Assembly: GCA_012797775.1 (NCBI GenBank)
Contig: JAAZOM010000022.1
Coordinates: forward strand, 1,241 to 65,240
DNA: 64,000 bases
From: Candidatus Kuenenbacteria bacterium
Lineage (GTDB): Bacteria; Patescibacteriota; Patescibacteriia; UBA2196; GWA2-42-15
Direction of reading: 5' to 3'
In this document: one piece after another, positions 47,965 to 57,591 of the stretch
Layout: the number at the start of each line of letters is the position of its first letter
How positions within the stretch are numbered: position 1 is the first letter of the stretch
Position numbers and translations under genes: made by a program
Notes under the pieces: model-generated
Told to the model about the DNA's origin: nothing
Database searches by the model: none
Seen by the model: the letters and a program-made list of their open reading frames with translations, nothing else

Positions 47965-50190
47965 ATGTTTGTATTCAAAAAGATAAAATTTTTATATTTA
48001 CTTGTGGTGATTAATTTTATTTCCATAAATTTTTTGCCTTATAACCCAGTTGGCGCCGCCGGTGTTTCATCGGTTGGGGAAGACTATCTTGGTAGTGAAA
48101 TGCTTTTAAAGTTAAAAAATAATGATTTTGTTTATGAGATTAAATTGCGAGACGAAACACCCCAAGAATTTATAAATAACAATATAAAAAATGATGCCGT
48201 TGATTTTATAGAGCCCAATTATATTTATCGCGCTTCTATTTTAGAGCCCAATGACCAGTATTATTCTCAGCAGGTTTACCTTTCTATTCTAAATACCCCC
48301 ATGGCCTGGGATTATACTACTGGCAGTGGTGATGTGGTGGTCGCCGTCATTGATAGTGGGGTTGATATAAAAAATCCCGATTTGGTCAATAATATCTGGC
48401 ACAACACAAAAGAAATTCCCAATAACGGCATTGATGATGACAGCAATGGTTTTGTTGATGACTATTCTGGCTGGGATTTTATTGAAGGCGTACCAGACCC
48501 CAGCCCAAAGTTTACGGGTAATTATACCTTTATGGGTATCAATCATGGTACGATTATTGCCGGGGTTATCGCCGCAGAAGGTAATAACAAAATCGGGATA
48601 ACTGGTCTTAGCTGGCACTCAAAGATAATGCCCCTTAGGGTTTTGAGCGGCGAGGGTACGGGTGATTCATATGATGTGGCTAGGGCTATTGATTATGCTC
48701 GCCTCAATGGAGCCAAAATTATAAACTTGAGCTTTATCGGAGATAAAAAATCAGAAACACTCAAGGAGGCCATCCGTCGGGCCTACCAATCTGGTATTTT
48801 ATTGGTAGCAGCGGCTGGCAATGAAGTCAATCAAGGTGAAGATCTGAAGGATAAACCGCTGTACCCAGTCTGTATGGACGGTGATAGCCCTGGCGACAAC
48901 TGGGTATTGGGTGTTGCCTCTTTGGATAACTATGATCACTTGGCTAGTTTTTCCAATTACGGTAGTTGTGTGGATATCACGACCCCGGGCGTTGGAATTT
49001 TTAGTACTCTAGTGAAAAACGATGCTCGTTTTGAATATCGCAATGAATACGGTGGGCTCTGGACAGGCACTTCCATGTCTGTACCCCAAGTCGCTGGTGC
49101 GGCGGCTTTGTTAAGATCCCTAAAGCCAGAATTGTCAGTTTTGGAGTTGCGCGATCTTCTTCTCAAAAATTCTGACAACATAGACCATCTCAACTCTAAA
49201 TATGCCGGCAGACTGGGTCGGGGCAAGTTAAATATCTTTAGGGTACTATCTGCTGCCAAAAACTCACTTAGCTCTATCGAATATCGTACAGACAAAATAA
49301 TTGTTGCCCCAGGTGTTGGTGGTGGACCCCAGATTAGAACTTATTATGAGGGCAAGCCCTATTCCCAATTTTTTGGGTTTGATAAAAATAAAAGATTTGG
49401 GGCCAATATCGCCAGTCGTGATTTGACCGGTGATGGGCAAGAAGAGTTGATCGTGTCCGCAGAAAAAGGGGAGGAGCCTTGGGTGCAGATTTTTGATATT
49501 AATGGCAATTATAAAGCAAAATTTTTGGCTTATGATAAAAATATGAAACAAGGCGTTAAGGCCAGTGCCGGTGATATAAACAATGACGGCCAAGAGGAAA
49601 TAATCACCGTACCACAGTCTGGTTACAAGCCCTTGGTAAAGATATTCAATCAAACTGGTAATCTCTTGGGTGAGTTTTATGCCTTTAATCAATTTTTTAG
49701 AGGTGGTTTAAGTATTAGTATAGGTGACGTAAACAACGATACTTTTGAAGAAATAGTTGTCGGCGCCGGGCCTGGTACGCAGAGCTTTGTAAAAATATTT
49801 AATTACCATGGTCAGCTTTCCGGTCAGTTTATTGCCTACAAGGAGAATTTCTTTGGTGGAGTCAATGTTGCTATTGGGGATGTCGACAGTGATAGCCAAA
49901 AAGAAATAATTTTAGCCCCCATGGGTAAAATGGCTCCCGAAGTTAAAATTTTTAATTTCCAAGGCCTTTTAAAATCTAGTTTTTTGGCTTATGACAAAAA
50001 ATTTATAAACGGTGTTAATGTCGCCGCCGGCGATATTAATAATGATGGTTATGATGAGATAATCACCGGCCCGGGCGCTGGCGGCGGTCCGCAGGTCAGG
50101 GTTTTTAATATCAAAGGTAAGGCGCTTATGCAGTTTATGGTTTTTAATGATAAATTTAAAGGTGGAGTAAAGGTTTCTTCAGGCAAATAA
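47965..50190 (+). CDS. Secreted S8 subtilisin-like serine protease with C-terminal FG-GAP-like repeats.
   Basis: Signal peptide. Catalytic Asp (VAVIDSGVD), His (HGTIIAGV) and Ser (GTSMSVPQVAGAAAL). Six or more copies of GD(I/V)NNDGxEEI. Confidence 0.75.
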   Translation: MFVFKKIKFLYLLVVINFISINFLPYNPVGAAGVSSVGEDYLGSEMLLKLKNNDFVYEIKLRDETPQEFINNNIKNDAVDFIEPNYIYRASILEPNDQYYSQQVYLSILNTPMAWDYTTGSGDVVVAVIDSGVDIKNPDLVNNIWHNTKEIPNNGIDDDSNGFVDDYSGWDFIEGVPDPSPKFTGNYTFMGINHGTIIAGVIAAEGNNKIGITGLSWHSKIMPLRVLSGEGTGDSYDVARAIDYARLNGAKIINLSFIGDKKSETLKEAIRRAYQSGILLVAAAGNEVNQGEDLKDKPLYPVCMDGDSPGDNWVLGVASLDNYDHLASFSNYGSCVDITTPGVGIFSTLVKNDARFEYRNEYGGLWTGTSMSVPQVAGAAALLRSLKPELSVLELRDLLLKNSDNIDHLNSKYAGRLGRGKLNIFRVLSAAKNSLSSIEYRTDKIIVAPGVGGGPQIRTYYEGKPYSQFFGFDKNKRFGANIASRDLTGDGQEELIVSAEKGEEPWVQIFDINGNYKAKFLAYDKNMKQGVKASAGDINNDGQEEIITVPQSGYKPLVKIFNQTGNLLGEFYAFNQFFRGGLSISIGDVNNDTFEEIVVGAGPGTQSFVKIFNYHGQLSGQFIAYKENFFGGVNVAIGDVDSDSQKEIILAPMGKMAPEVKIFNFQGLLKSSFLAYDKKFINGVNVAAGDINNDGYDEIITGPGAGGGPQVRVFNIKGKALMQFMVFNDKFKGGVKVSSGK

Positions 50191-50192
50191 TT

Positions 50193-50678
50193 ATGATAGG
50201 CAAAATTTTTTATAACCTTTATAATAAATTGGCGGACAAGATCAGGAATATACCCATAGTTCGCAAGCACCCTACCGCCAAAGAATTAATAAAATATTCG
50301 ATTGTTGGCAATTTCAGTAATATTTTAGATCTTGTTTTATATGTCATTTTGACTCGCTCTTTTATTTTTTGGCATGAAAATTATCTTTTTGCCAATGTCC
50401 TTACGATGGTTGTCGGCAGTCTTAGCCGTTTCTTTCTCCATAAAAAATGGACATTCCGCCACGACACTGGCTCTTTTCATGAGCAATATCTTAGATTTAT
50501 TGCCGTTATGTTCGTCAGCCTTATCTTGAGCACCGTTCTATTGTTTTTAACTGTAGAATACTTGCTTGTTAATGATATTGTGGGTAAACTTATTGCTACC
50601 GCTATTATTACCCTTATTGTCTATTATTTAACCAAAATTTGGGTGTTCAAAAAAGGTATTCCTTGTAATAAATTTTAA
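50193..50678 (+). CDS. GtrA-family membrane protein.
   Basis: About 160 aa, four TM helices, N-terminal KYSIVGNFSNILDL. Confidence 0.45.
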   Translation: MIGKIFYNLYNKLADKIRNIPIVRKHPTAKELIKYSIVGNFSNILDLVLYVILTRSFIFWHENYLFANVLTMVVGSLSRFFLHKKWTFRHDTGSFHEQYLRFIAVMFVSLILSTVLLFLTVEYLLVNDIVGKLIATAIITLIVYYLTKIWVFKKGIPCNKF

Positions 50679-50701
50679 TAATTAAGTTAATTAACAAAAA
50701 T

Positions 50702-51724
50702 ATGACTACTATTGATAAAGCTTCTTTGGCCACTGGCCGCCAAAATGTTATTTTGACTGGGGCCGCCGGGTTTATCGGTTCCAATCTCGCTGAGGCGCTA
50801 GTCAAAAATTACAATGTTATTGCCATTGATAATTTTATTACCGGTAAAGAAAAAAATATTGACATGCTTTTGCAGCTGCCAAATTTTGAGTTTATTAGAC
50901 ATGATATTTCCCAACCTTTAAAATTGGAAGATTTTCCCGAATTAAAAAAATTCCAGATTGATGTTCAGGGTATAAATAAAATTTTTAATCTAGCTTGCCC
51001 GACAGCTCCCAAAGACCACGCCAAATATGCCATGGAAATAATTGCCGCCAATTCTATCGGCATGCAAAACATGCTGAACCTGGCCCTAAAATACAAAGCG
51101 ACCTTTGTCCATGTCTCCAGCCAACATGTCTATGGCATGCCCAAAGACACCAACCCCATCAAGGAAGACTATTTCGGTTATGTCAATCCGGTGAGCCCGC
51201 GCAGCGCCTATGATGAGGGCAAAAGATTTGCCGAGTCTATCGTTAGTGAATATCAAAGGCAGTTCGGGCTGGACGCTAGGGTCGCCCGGGTTTTCACCAC
51301 CTACGGCCCGCGCATGGCCCTCAAAGAAGGTCGTTCTGTCCCTGATTTTATTATCAACGCCCTCAACGGCGAAGATTTGATTATTTATGGTGATGAGAAT
51401 ACCAAAAATACCTTCTGCCATGTCGACGATATCGTTGACGGCCTTATAAAATTGGCCAACTCACCCCTCAATACGCCAGTCAATTTGGGACATTATGAAA
51501 AGTATACTCTCAAAAGCACTGCGGAATTGATCATCAAGCTGACTGAATCAAAATCTAAAATAATTTATCGTGATCCAGAGTGGTATGTTGCTTCCTATAA
51601 TATCCCCGACATCTCTTTGGCCAAAGAATCCCTTGGCTGGTTCCCCTTGATCGGTCCAGAAGAAGGATTGTCAAAAACCATAGAGTTTACCAAAATCAAT
51701 CTGAGATTGTATCAGTCTCAATAA
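50702..51724 (+). CDS. UDP-glucuronate decarboxylase (UDP-xylose synthase)-like NAD-dependent epimerase/dehydratase.
   Basis: ILTGAAGFIGSNL..IDNFITGKEKNI, followed by a YxxxK-like catalytic motif (YDEGK). Confidence 0.55.
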   Translation: MTTIDKASLATGRQNVILTGAAGFIGSNLAEALVKNYNVIAIDNFITGKEKNIDMLLQLPNFEFIRHDISQPLKLEDFPELKKFQIDVQGINKIFNLACPTAPKDHAKYAMEIIAANSIGMQNMLNLALKYKATFVHVSSQHVYGMPKDTNPIKEDYFGYVNPVSPRSAYDEGKRFAESIVSEYQRQFGLDARVARVFTTYGPRMALKEGRSVPDFIINALNGEDLIIYGDENTKNTFCHVDDIVDGLIKLANSPLNTPVNLGHYEKYTLKSTAELIIKLTESKSKIIYRDPEWYVASYNIPDISLAKESLGWFPLIGPEEGLSKTIEFTKINLRLYQSQ

Positions 51725-51747
51725 TAATTAAGAATTAATAGAAGATT

Positions 51748-52905
51748 ATGTCAAAATACATTTTTACTTCCGAGTCGGTCACCGAAGGTCATCCAGACAA
51801 AGTTTGTGACCAGCTGTCAGATGGTATTTATGATGAAATGATTAAACAAGATCCAGACGCTCATGCCGGCATTGAATGTTACGCCACCACCGGTCTGGTC
51901 GTAGTCGGCGGTGAGGCCCGCACCAAGGCCTATATTGACATTCAGGAGACAGTTAGAAAAATTTTACAACGCATCGGCTATGACAAGCCGGAAATTGGTT
52001 TTTGTTTTTCTGATGTTGGAGTTATCTCCACCTTACACGAACAGTCACCAGATATTGCCCAGGGTGTTGACGAGGGCGCCGGTGAATTCAAAGAACAAGG
52101 TGCTGGCGACCAGGGCTTGATGTTTGGCTTTGCCACCAATGAAACACCGGAATTGATGCCTATGCCGATTTCTCTGGCTCATAAATTGACTGCCAAATTA
52201 TCCGAGGTGCGCAAAAGCGGGCAATTACCTTATCTGCGCCCCGATGGTAAAAGCCAAGTGACAGTTGAATATGAAGATGGCAAGCCAGTTCGAGTTAGTA
52301 CTGTAGTCATCGCCGCTCATCATGCCGACGATGTTTCTTCGGAACAATTACGTGCTGACATAAAAGAGCAAGTTATCCAGCCAGTACTCGGCGATTTAGT
52401 TGATGAGAATACGAAATATTTTATCAATTCTACTGGTCGCTTTGTTTTGGGCGGCCCGCCAGCCGATACCGGCCTTACTGGTCGCAAAATCATTGTTGAT
52501 ACTTACGGCGGTTATAGCCGTCATGGTGGTGGCTGTTTTTCCGGCAAATGTATCACCAAAGTTGATCGCTCGGCCGCCTATATGGCGCGCTATGTCGCCA
52601 AAAATATCGTCGCCGCTGGGCTGGCTGACAAATGCGAGATCCAGGTCGCTTATTCCATTGGTGTGGCTGAACCAGTCAGTATTTTGGTAGATACTTTTGG
52701 TACTGGTAAAATTTCTAATGAGAAAATAGAGCAGGCGGTTAAAGAAACTTTTAGCTTCAAGCCCAAGGATATTATTGACCAGCTAGATCTCAAGCGCCCA
52801 ATTTATGAAAAGACCGCTGCTTATGGCCACTTTGGCCGCGAACTGCCGGAGTTCACTTGGGAAAAAACCGATAAGGCGGAAATATTAAAAAAATATTTGG
52901 TATAA
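51748..52905 (+). CDS. metK: S-adenosylmethionine synthetase.
   Basis: [17 protein letters not shown] and GGGAFSGKD-like GGCFSGKC. Confidence 0.9.
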   Translation: MSKYIFTSESVTEGHPDKVCDQLSDGIYDEMIKQDPDAHAGIECYATTGLVVVGGEARTKAYIDIQETVRKILQRIGYDKPEIGFCFSDVGVISTLHEQSPDIAQGVDEGAGEFKEQGAGDQGLMFGFATNETPELMPMPISLAHKLTAKLSEVRKSGQLPYLRPDGKSQVTVEYEDGKPVRVSTVVIAAHHADDVSSEQLRADIKEQVIQPVLGDLVDENTKYFINSTGRFVLGGPPADTGLTGRKIIVDTYGGYSRHGGGCFSGKCITKVDRSAAYMARYVAKNIVAAGLADKCEIQVAYSIGVAEPVSILVDTFGTGKISNEKIEQAVKETFSFKPKDIIDQLDLKRPIYEKTAAYGHFGRELPEFTWEKTDKAEILKKYLV

Positions 52906-52908
52906 TCT

Positions 52909-53331
52909 ATGGAATATATTGACAAGGAAATTGATATTAAACCAAAAGAGGAATTAACAAAAGTTACGGGGATTTTTGAAGGCCTGATTCAGTCAGAAAG
53001 ATTGATCAATGCCAATATCTTTTGCTGGTTGCCCCATGAGGTTTCTTCTTTGGTTTTGGCCGAATCCGATCCAAATTTTCTTGCCGACCTCAAAGATTAT
53101 TTGGCTGATACTATTCCTTCAGGCCAATGGGTCAAGCACGATGAACCGAATACGCCGTTTCGTCATAATGCTCATGAGCATATTCGCACTAAAGTTATTG
53201 GCCGCCACTCATTGACGCTACTAGTTAAAGATTCAAAAATATGGTGGGGGCAGTACCAAGATCTTTATTTATACAATCCTGTTTATCAACATAAATCAAA
53301 CAAGCTGCTTATCCGTATAATGAAATTTTAA
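52909..53331 (+). CDS. YjbQ/UPF0047 family protein (secondary thiamine-phosphate synthase-like).
   Basis: The HNAHEH..L.G.S and W.GQYQ.L pattern of the YjbQ family. Confidence 0.5.
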   Translation: MEYIDKEIDIKPKEELTKVTGIFEGLIQSERLINANIFCWLPHEVSSLVLAESDPNFLADLKDYLADTIPSGQWVKHDEPNTPFRHNAHEHIRTKVIGRHSLTLLVKDSKIWWGQYQDLYLYNPVYQHKSNKLLIRIMKF

Positions 53332-53371
53332 AATAAAAAGCGGCCCCGCAATTTATATGACGGGGGCCGCC
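53328..53371 (-). terminator. Rho-independent terminator for the minus-strand small gene (hairpin, then a T-run on the minus strand).
   Basis: GCGGCCCCG-N12-CGGGGGCCGC, preceded on the plus strand by AAATAAAAA. Confidence 0.65.
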
Positions 53372-53400
53372 GCTCTGGTGGCTATTGCCGACAATCCCGG

Positions 53401-53679
53401 TTAAATCACCCGGAATGAAGAACACTGCACCACCACCCGAATTGGACTTGAGATAGTTGCCAAGATGGCGTCTTCATAGGAAAATTTTATGACGCCATTC
53501 TGTGCCGCCACCAATAGAATATCCAGCAGTTGTGGCGTCCAGATCCCTCCAAGTAAATTCGGTTCACCTTTAAGGATGTAACTGCAAAGATCCGTAAAAG
53601 AGACACTCTCCCCACTGTGCGTTTCAAAAAATTCACGCACCAGTTTGCCCAGAATCTCTCTGGTTTCCACGATCATCAC
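53401..53679 (-). CDS. GC-rich orphan small protein (92 aa) with a strong SD and its own terminator; function unknown.
   Basis: AAAAGGAGGTGATGATCGTG context (SD GGAGGTG 5 nt from the start). A terminator follows. Roughly 48% GC against ~38% in the flanks. Confidence 0.45.
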   Translation of the reverse strand: MMIVETREILGKLVREFFETHSGESVSFTDLCSYILKGEPNLLGGIWTPQLLDILLVAAQNGVIKFSYEDAILATISSPIRVVVQCSSFRVI

Positions 53680-53863
53680 CTCCTTTTATTACACAGGCTT
53701 TTATTAGTTCATGTTCAAAAAATGACCATCATCTGATAGTAACAGAGAATCTTCTGTTTGGCAAGAGGCAAAAATATTTCCAAGTCCTCCCAAGGTTCAA
53801 CCATCACCGCCTAGACCGCGAAGCAGGGCAGACTGGATTGAACCAATGATTCAAAAATTATCT

Positions 53864-54781
53864 ATGACCATCCTTGTCACTGGTGGCGCCGGTTTTATTG
53901 GCTCACACCTGGTAGATAAATTAATAAAAGAAAAACACCGCGTTATTGTTGTGGATGATTTGTCAACCGGCAAAAAAATAAACTTAAACAAACGCGCCAA
54001 ATTTTATCGTCTGGATATTCAGGACAAAAAACTGGAACAAATATTCAAAAAAGAAAAACCACAAGTTGTTTATCATCTGGCCGCCCAGATGAATGTCCGC
54101 AAATCTATCGCTGATCCCATTTTTGACGCAAAAACTAATATCGTCGGTGTTTTGAATTTATTGGAAAATTGCGTCAAATACCATGTAAAAAAATTTGTCT
54201 TTATTTCCACCGGCGGGGCGATTTATGGTGACGGCGTCAAGATTCCTACGCCTGAAACAGCCACCGAGGCACCGATCTCACCCTATGGCATTGCCAAGCT
54301 GGCCACCGAAAAATATTTACATTATTATCGTCATCAATACGGATTAAACTACACCGTGCTCCGTCTGGCCAATATCTATGGCCCGCGCCAAAATTATCTA
54401 GGAGAAGCCGGGGTCGTAGCCATTTTTTGCCATCAACTCAAAAATAATCAACCCACATTTATCAATGGTCCTGGCCAACAAACCAGAGATTTTGTTTTTG
54501 TCGCCGATGTTGTTGCCGCTGCCTTAAAAGCCCTCAAAGACAAAAAACCAAATATTTACAATATTGCCACCAGCAAAGAAAATAATATCAATCAATTGGC
54601 AAGTGCTTTGCAAAAAGTTAGCGGCGTGAAAACCCCCATTGAGCATCGCTCGGCTATCAAAGGTGAGCAGATGAGAAGCTGTCTGAATTACCAGAAGATA
54701 AAAAAACACCTTGGTTGGTCGCCAAAGTATGATCTAGAAAAAGGACTAAGGGAAACCTGGCAGTGGTTTCAGAAAAATTAA
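53864..54781 (+). CDS. galE: UDP-glucose 4-epimerase-like NAD-dependent epimerase.
   Basis: MTILVTGGAGFIGSHLVDKL and YGIAK. Confidence 0.6.
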   Translation: MTILVTGGAGFIGSHLVDKLIKEKHRVIVVDDLSTGKKINLNKRAKFYRLDIQDKKLEQIFKKEKPQVVYHLAAQMNVRKSIADPIFDAKTNIVGVLNLLENCVKYHVKKFVFISTGGAIYGDGVKIPTPETATEAPISPYGIAKLATEKYLHYYRHQYGLNYTVLRLANIYGPRQNYLGEAGVVAIFCHQLKNNQPTFINGPGQQTRDFVFVADVVAAALKALKDKKPNIYNIATSKENNINQLASALQKVSGVKTPIEHRSAIKGEQMRSCLNYQKIKKHLGWSPKYDLEKGLRETWQWFQKN

Positions 54782-54793
54782 GTAATTAAAATT

Positions 54794-55330
54794 GTGATTA
54801 TGGATCTTGATCCTTTTATCCGCAAAGTTCCCAATTGGCCCAAACCCGGCATTTTGTTTTATGATATTACCACCTTACTCGAAAACAAAGATGTTTTTAG
54901 GGACTTGACGGAAGCATTGGCCCGGCCATTTTTGGGTGAAAAAATCGACAAAGTCGTGGGCATAGATGCACGCGGTTTTATTTTAGCCGGGGTTATCGGT
55001 TATAAACTAGGAGCCGGCGTATCTCTGGTCCGCAAAAAAGGCAAGCTGCCGTTTAAAACCATTGCCGAGTCATACACCCTAGAATACGCTTCCGAGACAG
55101 TCGAGATGCACGAAGACACCATCAAAAAAGGGGAGCGGGTTTTGATTGTTGATGACTTAGTCGCCACTGGCGGTACCCTTGTCGCCGCCACCAAGCTTGT
55201 GGAGAGATTGGGCGGCGAAATAGTCGGCATCGCCTGTGTCGTCAATTTGCCGTTTCTCGGTGGATCAGAAAAATTACGCCCATACAGATTTCATTCTCTT
55301 ATCAACTATCACGACGACCAGGTTGTTTAA
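54794..55330 (+). CDS. apt: Adenine phosphoribosyltransferase.
   Basis: PRPP motif VLIVDDLVATGGT, plus VVGIDARGF. Confidence 0.85.
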   Translation: MIMDLDPFIRKVPNWPKPGILFYDITTLLENKDVFRDLTEALARPFLGEKIDKVVGIDARGFILAGVIGYKLGAGVSLVRKKGKLPFKTIAESYTLEYASETVEMHEDTIKKGERVLIVDDLVATGGTLVAATKLVERLGGEIVGIACVVNLPFLGGSEKLRPYRFHSLINYHDDQVV

Positions 55331-56034
55331 AGCTTGCTCAAAATAGTCTGAATTATTTGTACTGAATTTTTAGCCGCTTGACCCAAAAAATTATTAAAGT
55401 CAATTCCCGCCTCGCTGTCAGCTTTGTCTGAAATTGTCCGGGCGATAACAAAAGGTATTTGATTTACCGTGCAGACATGGGCGACCGCCGCCCCTTCCAT
55501 CTCTACCGCGTCGCCCTGAAGTTCATCGGTGAGATAAGAAAATTCTAGAATTTTTGCTCGAGTAATAAACTGATCTCCTGTCAGTATGCGGCCCTCGACC
55601 ACTTTGTTATTTGGCAACTGTGTTTCTAGGGCAATTTTTTTCAGATTTTCATCAGCCGCAAAAATTTTATAATCAGTATAGGGTATAGCGCCACGTGAAT
55701 AGCCTAGAGCCTCGGCCTCCATGTCGTGATACATACAATCTCGACTGACGACCACATCGCCGATTTCCAGATTTTTATTCAGGGCGCCAGCCAAGCCAGT
55801 AAAAATTATTTTTTGCGGACCATAAGTATTAATTATTTTCTGGCAAACCAAAGCCGCAAAGACCTTGCCGAGTCCAGACTTGGCTATCAAGACATTTTTG
55901 CCGGCTATCTGGCCCAGGTAAAATTCAAAACCTTGCCACTTTTCACCGCGCAGATTTTCCGCTAGGGCCAAATATTCGTTTATTTCCTCGTCCATGGCCC
56001 CGATAATTCCGATTAAACCCAAATTTTGTTTCAT
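55327..56034 (-). CDS. mtnN: 5'-methylthioadenosine/S-adenosylhomocysteine nucleosidase.
   Basis: GIIGAMDEE..KSGLGKV..EMEGAAVA. Confidence 0.8.
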   Translation of the reverse strand: MKQNLGLIGIIGAMDEEINEYLALAENLRGEKWQGFEFYLGQIAGKNVLIAKSGLGKVFAALVCQKIINTYGPQKIIFTGLAGALNKNLEIGDVVVSRDCMYHDMEAEALGYSRGAIPYTDYKIFAADENLKKIALETQLPNNKVVEGRILTGDQFITRAKILEFSYLTDELQGDAVEMEGAAVAHVCTVNQIPFVIARTISDKADSEAGIDFNNFLGQAAKNSVQIIQTILSKL

Positions 56035-56122
56035 AAGTTTAAATTTTTACACCAGCTTTATTTAATGTTAAGATATTATTTCAGAGCCGTCAAAGTGTAT
56101 TTACAAGTAAAAACAATAAATT

Positions 56123-57565
56123 ATGCCCCAAAAATTTGCCACTCGTTTTGCCCCCAGCCCCACCGGGGACTTGCATATTGGCGGTTTGCGTACCGCTCTT
56201 TTCGCCTATCTTTTTGCCAAAAAAAATCAAGGCAAATTTTTCTTGCGCATTGAGGATACGGACCAGACGCGATACAAGGAGGGGAGTGTTGAGGGCATTA
56301 TCGCCGGTCTAAAATGGGCTGGGCTTCATTATGATGACGAAATAGTTTATCAATCAAAAAGAACAGAAATTTATCAAAAGCATGCGGCCGAATTGGTAGA
56401 AAGTGGGCACGCTTATCATTGTTTTTGCACCGCTGACGATCTGGCCAGCATGCGCCAAGAACAAACGGCTGATGGTAATACGGTCACGCGCTATGATCGT
56501 CGTTGTCTAAACCTCACACCCGAGGAAGTCAAATCAAGATTAGACTCCGGCGTGCCACACGTTATCCGTCTCAAGGTGCCGAGTGGTGAAACAGAATTTA
56601 CCGATTTAATTCGCGGCCAAGTTAAAATTAATAATGCTGATATTGATGACCAGATTCTCCTCAAGTCAGATGGCTTTCCGACTTACCACCTGGCCAATGT
56701 CATAGACGACCACGAGATGGGCATCACCCACGTCATCCGTGCTGAAGAGTGGCTACCCTCCACACCCAAACACATTATTCTTTACCAGATGTTTGGCTGG
56801 GAGATCCCCGAGTTTGTTCACCTGTCAATGATTCTCGCTCCAGACAGAACCAAGCTGTCCAAACGCCATGGTGCCACTTCTGTTTTGGAGTTTAAAAATC
56901 TTGGTTATTTACCCGAGGCAGTAGTCAACTACATTGCCCTTCTCGGCTGGAATCCCGGTACGGAACAGGAAATTTTTTCTCTGAAAGAATTGGAACATGA
57001 ATTTGATCTCGCCAAAGTCAATAAAGCCGGCGCGATTTTTGATATTGAAAAACTCAACTGGATGAACGGCCACTATATCCGGCAGAAAAGTTTGGATGAG
57101 CTCACTCATTTATGTATTCCTTGTCTGGATAATTATTTACAAACCAATTACCAGCTACAAGTTACTAGTTATTCTTTTGAATTTCTGAAATCGATCGTCG
57201 GCCTAGAACAAGAGCGTCTCAAGAAGCTCTCTGAAATAGGGGAGCGAACCAAATACTTTTTTACCCGCCCCACAGTTGACCCCAAAACGTTAGTCTGGAA
57301 AAAATCCACGCCCGCAGAAACCCAAGAGAGATTGAAATTTTTGGTAGAATTTCTCGCCACGATTCCTGAAGAAAACTGGACCAGAAACACCCTGGAAGAA
57401 ATTTTAATTGACGAAATAAAGCGCCGTGGCTTTGGCAATGGCGACACCTTGTGGCCGATGCGCGTGGCCCTATCCGGCGAAGAAAAGTCTCCCTCGCCTT
57501 TTGAAATCGCCGAAGTTTTGGGGAAAGAAGAGACGCTAAAGAGATTAAAATTGATCCAAGGATAA
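56123..57565 (+). CDS. gltX: Glutamate--tRNA ligase.
   Basis: RFAPSPTGDLHIGGLRTA (HIGH) and KLSKR (KMSKS). Confidence 0.9.
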   Translation: MPQKFATRFAPSPTGDLHIGGLRTALFAYLFAKKNQGKFFLRIEDTDQTRYKEGSVEGIIAGLKWAGLHYDDEIVYQSKRTEIYQKHAAELVESGHAYHCFCTADDLASMRQEQTADGNTVTRYDRRCLNLTPEEVKSRLDSGVPHVIRLKVPSGETEFTDLIRGQVKINNADIDDQILLKSDGFPTYHLANVIDDHEMGITHVIRAEEWLPSTPKHIILYQMFGWEIPEFVHLSMILAPDRTKLSKRHGATSVLEFKNLGYLPEAVVNYIALLGWNPGTEQEIFSLKELEHEFDLAKVNKAGAIFDIEKLNWMNGHYIRQKSLDELTHLCIPCLDNYLQTNYQLQVTSYSFEFLKSIVGLEQERLKKLSEIGERTKYFFTRPTVDPKTLVWKKSTPAETQERLKFLVEFLATIPEENWTRNTLEEILIDEIKRRGFGNGDTLWPMRVALSGEEKSPSPFEIAEVLGKEETLKRLKLIQG

Positions 57566-57591
57566 TTTAATACTATAATACTATAAACAAA

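Noticed and set aside
53340-53860. GC-rich gap as a housekeeping ncRNA (RNase P RNA, tmRNA or SRP RNA).
   Set aside because: I could not find hallmark motifs (tmRNA tRNA-like ends with a GGTTCGA T-loop, RNase P P4 consensus, SRP GGAA tetraloop helix). A protein-coding reading with a consensus SD and terminator fits better.
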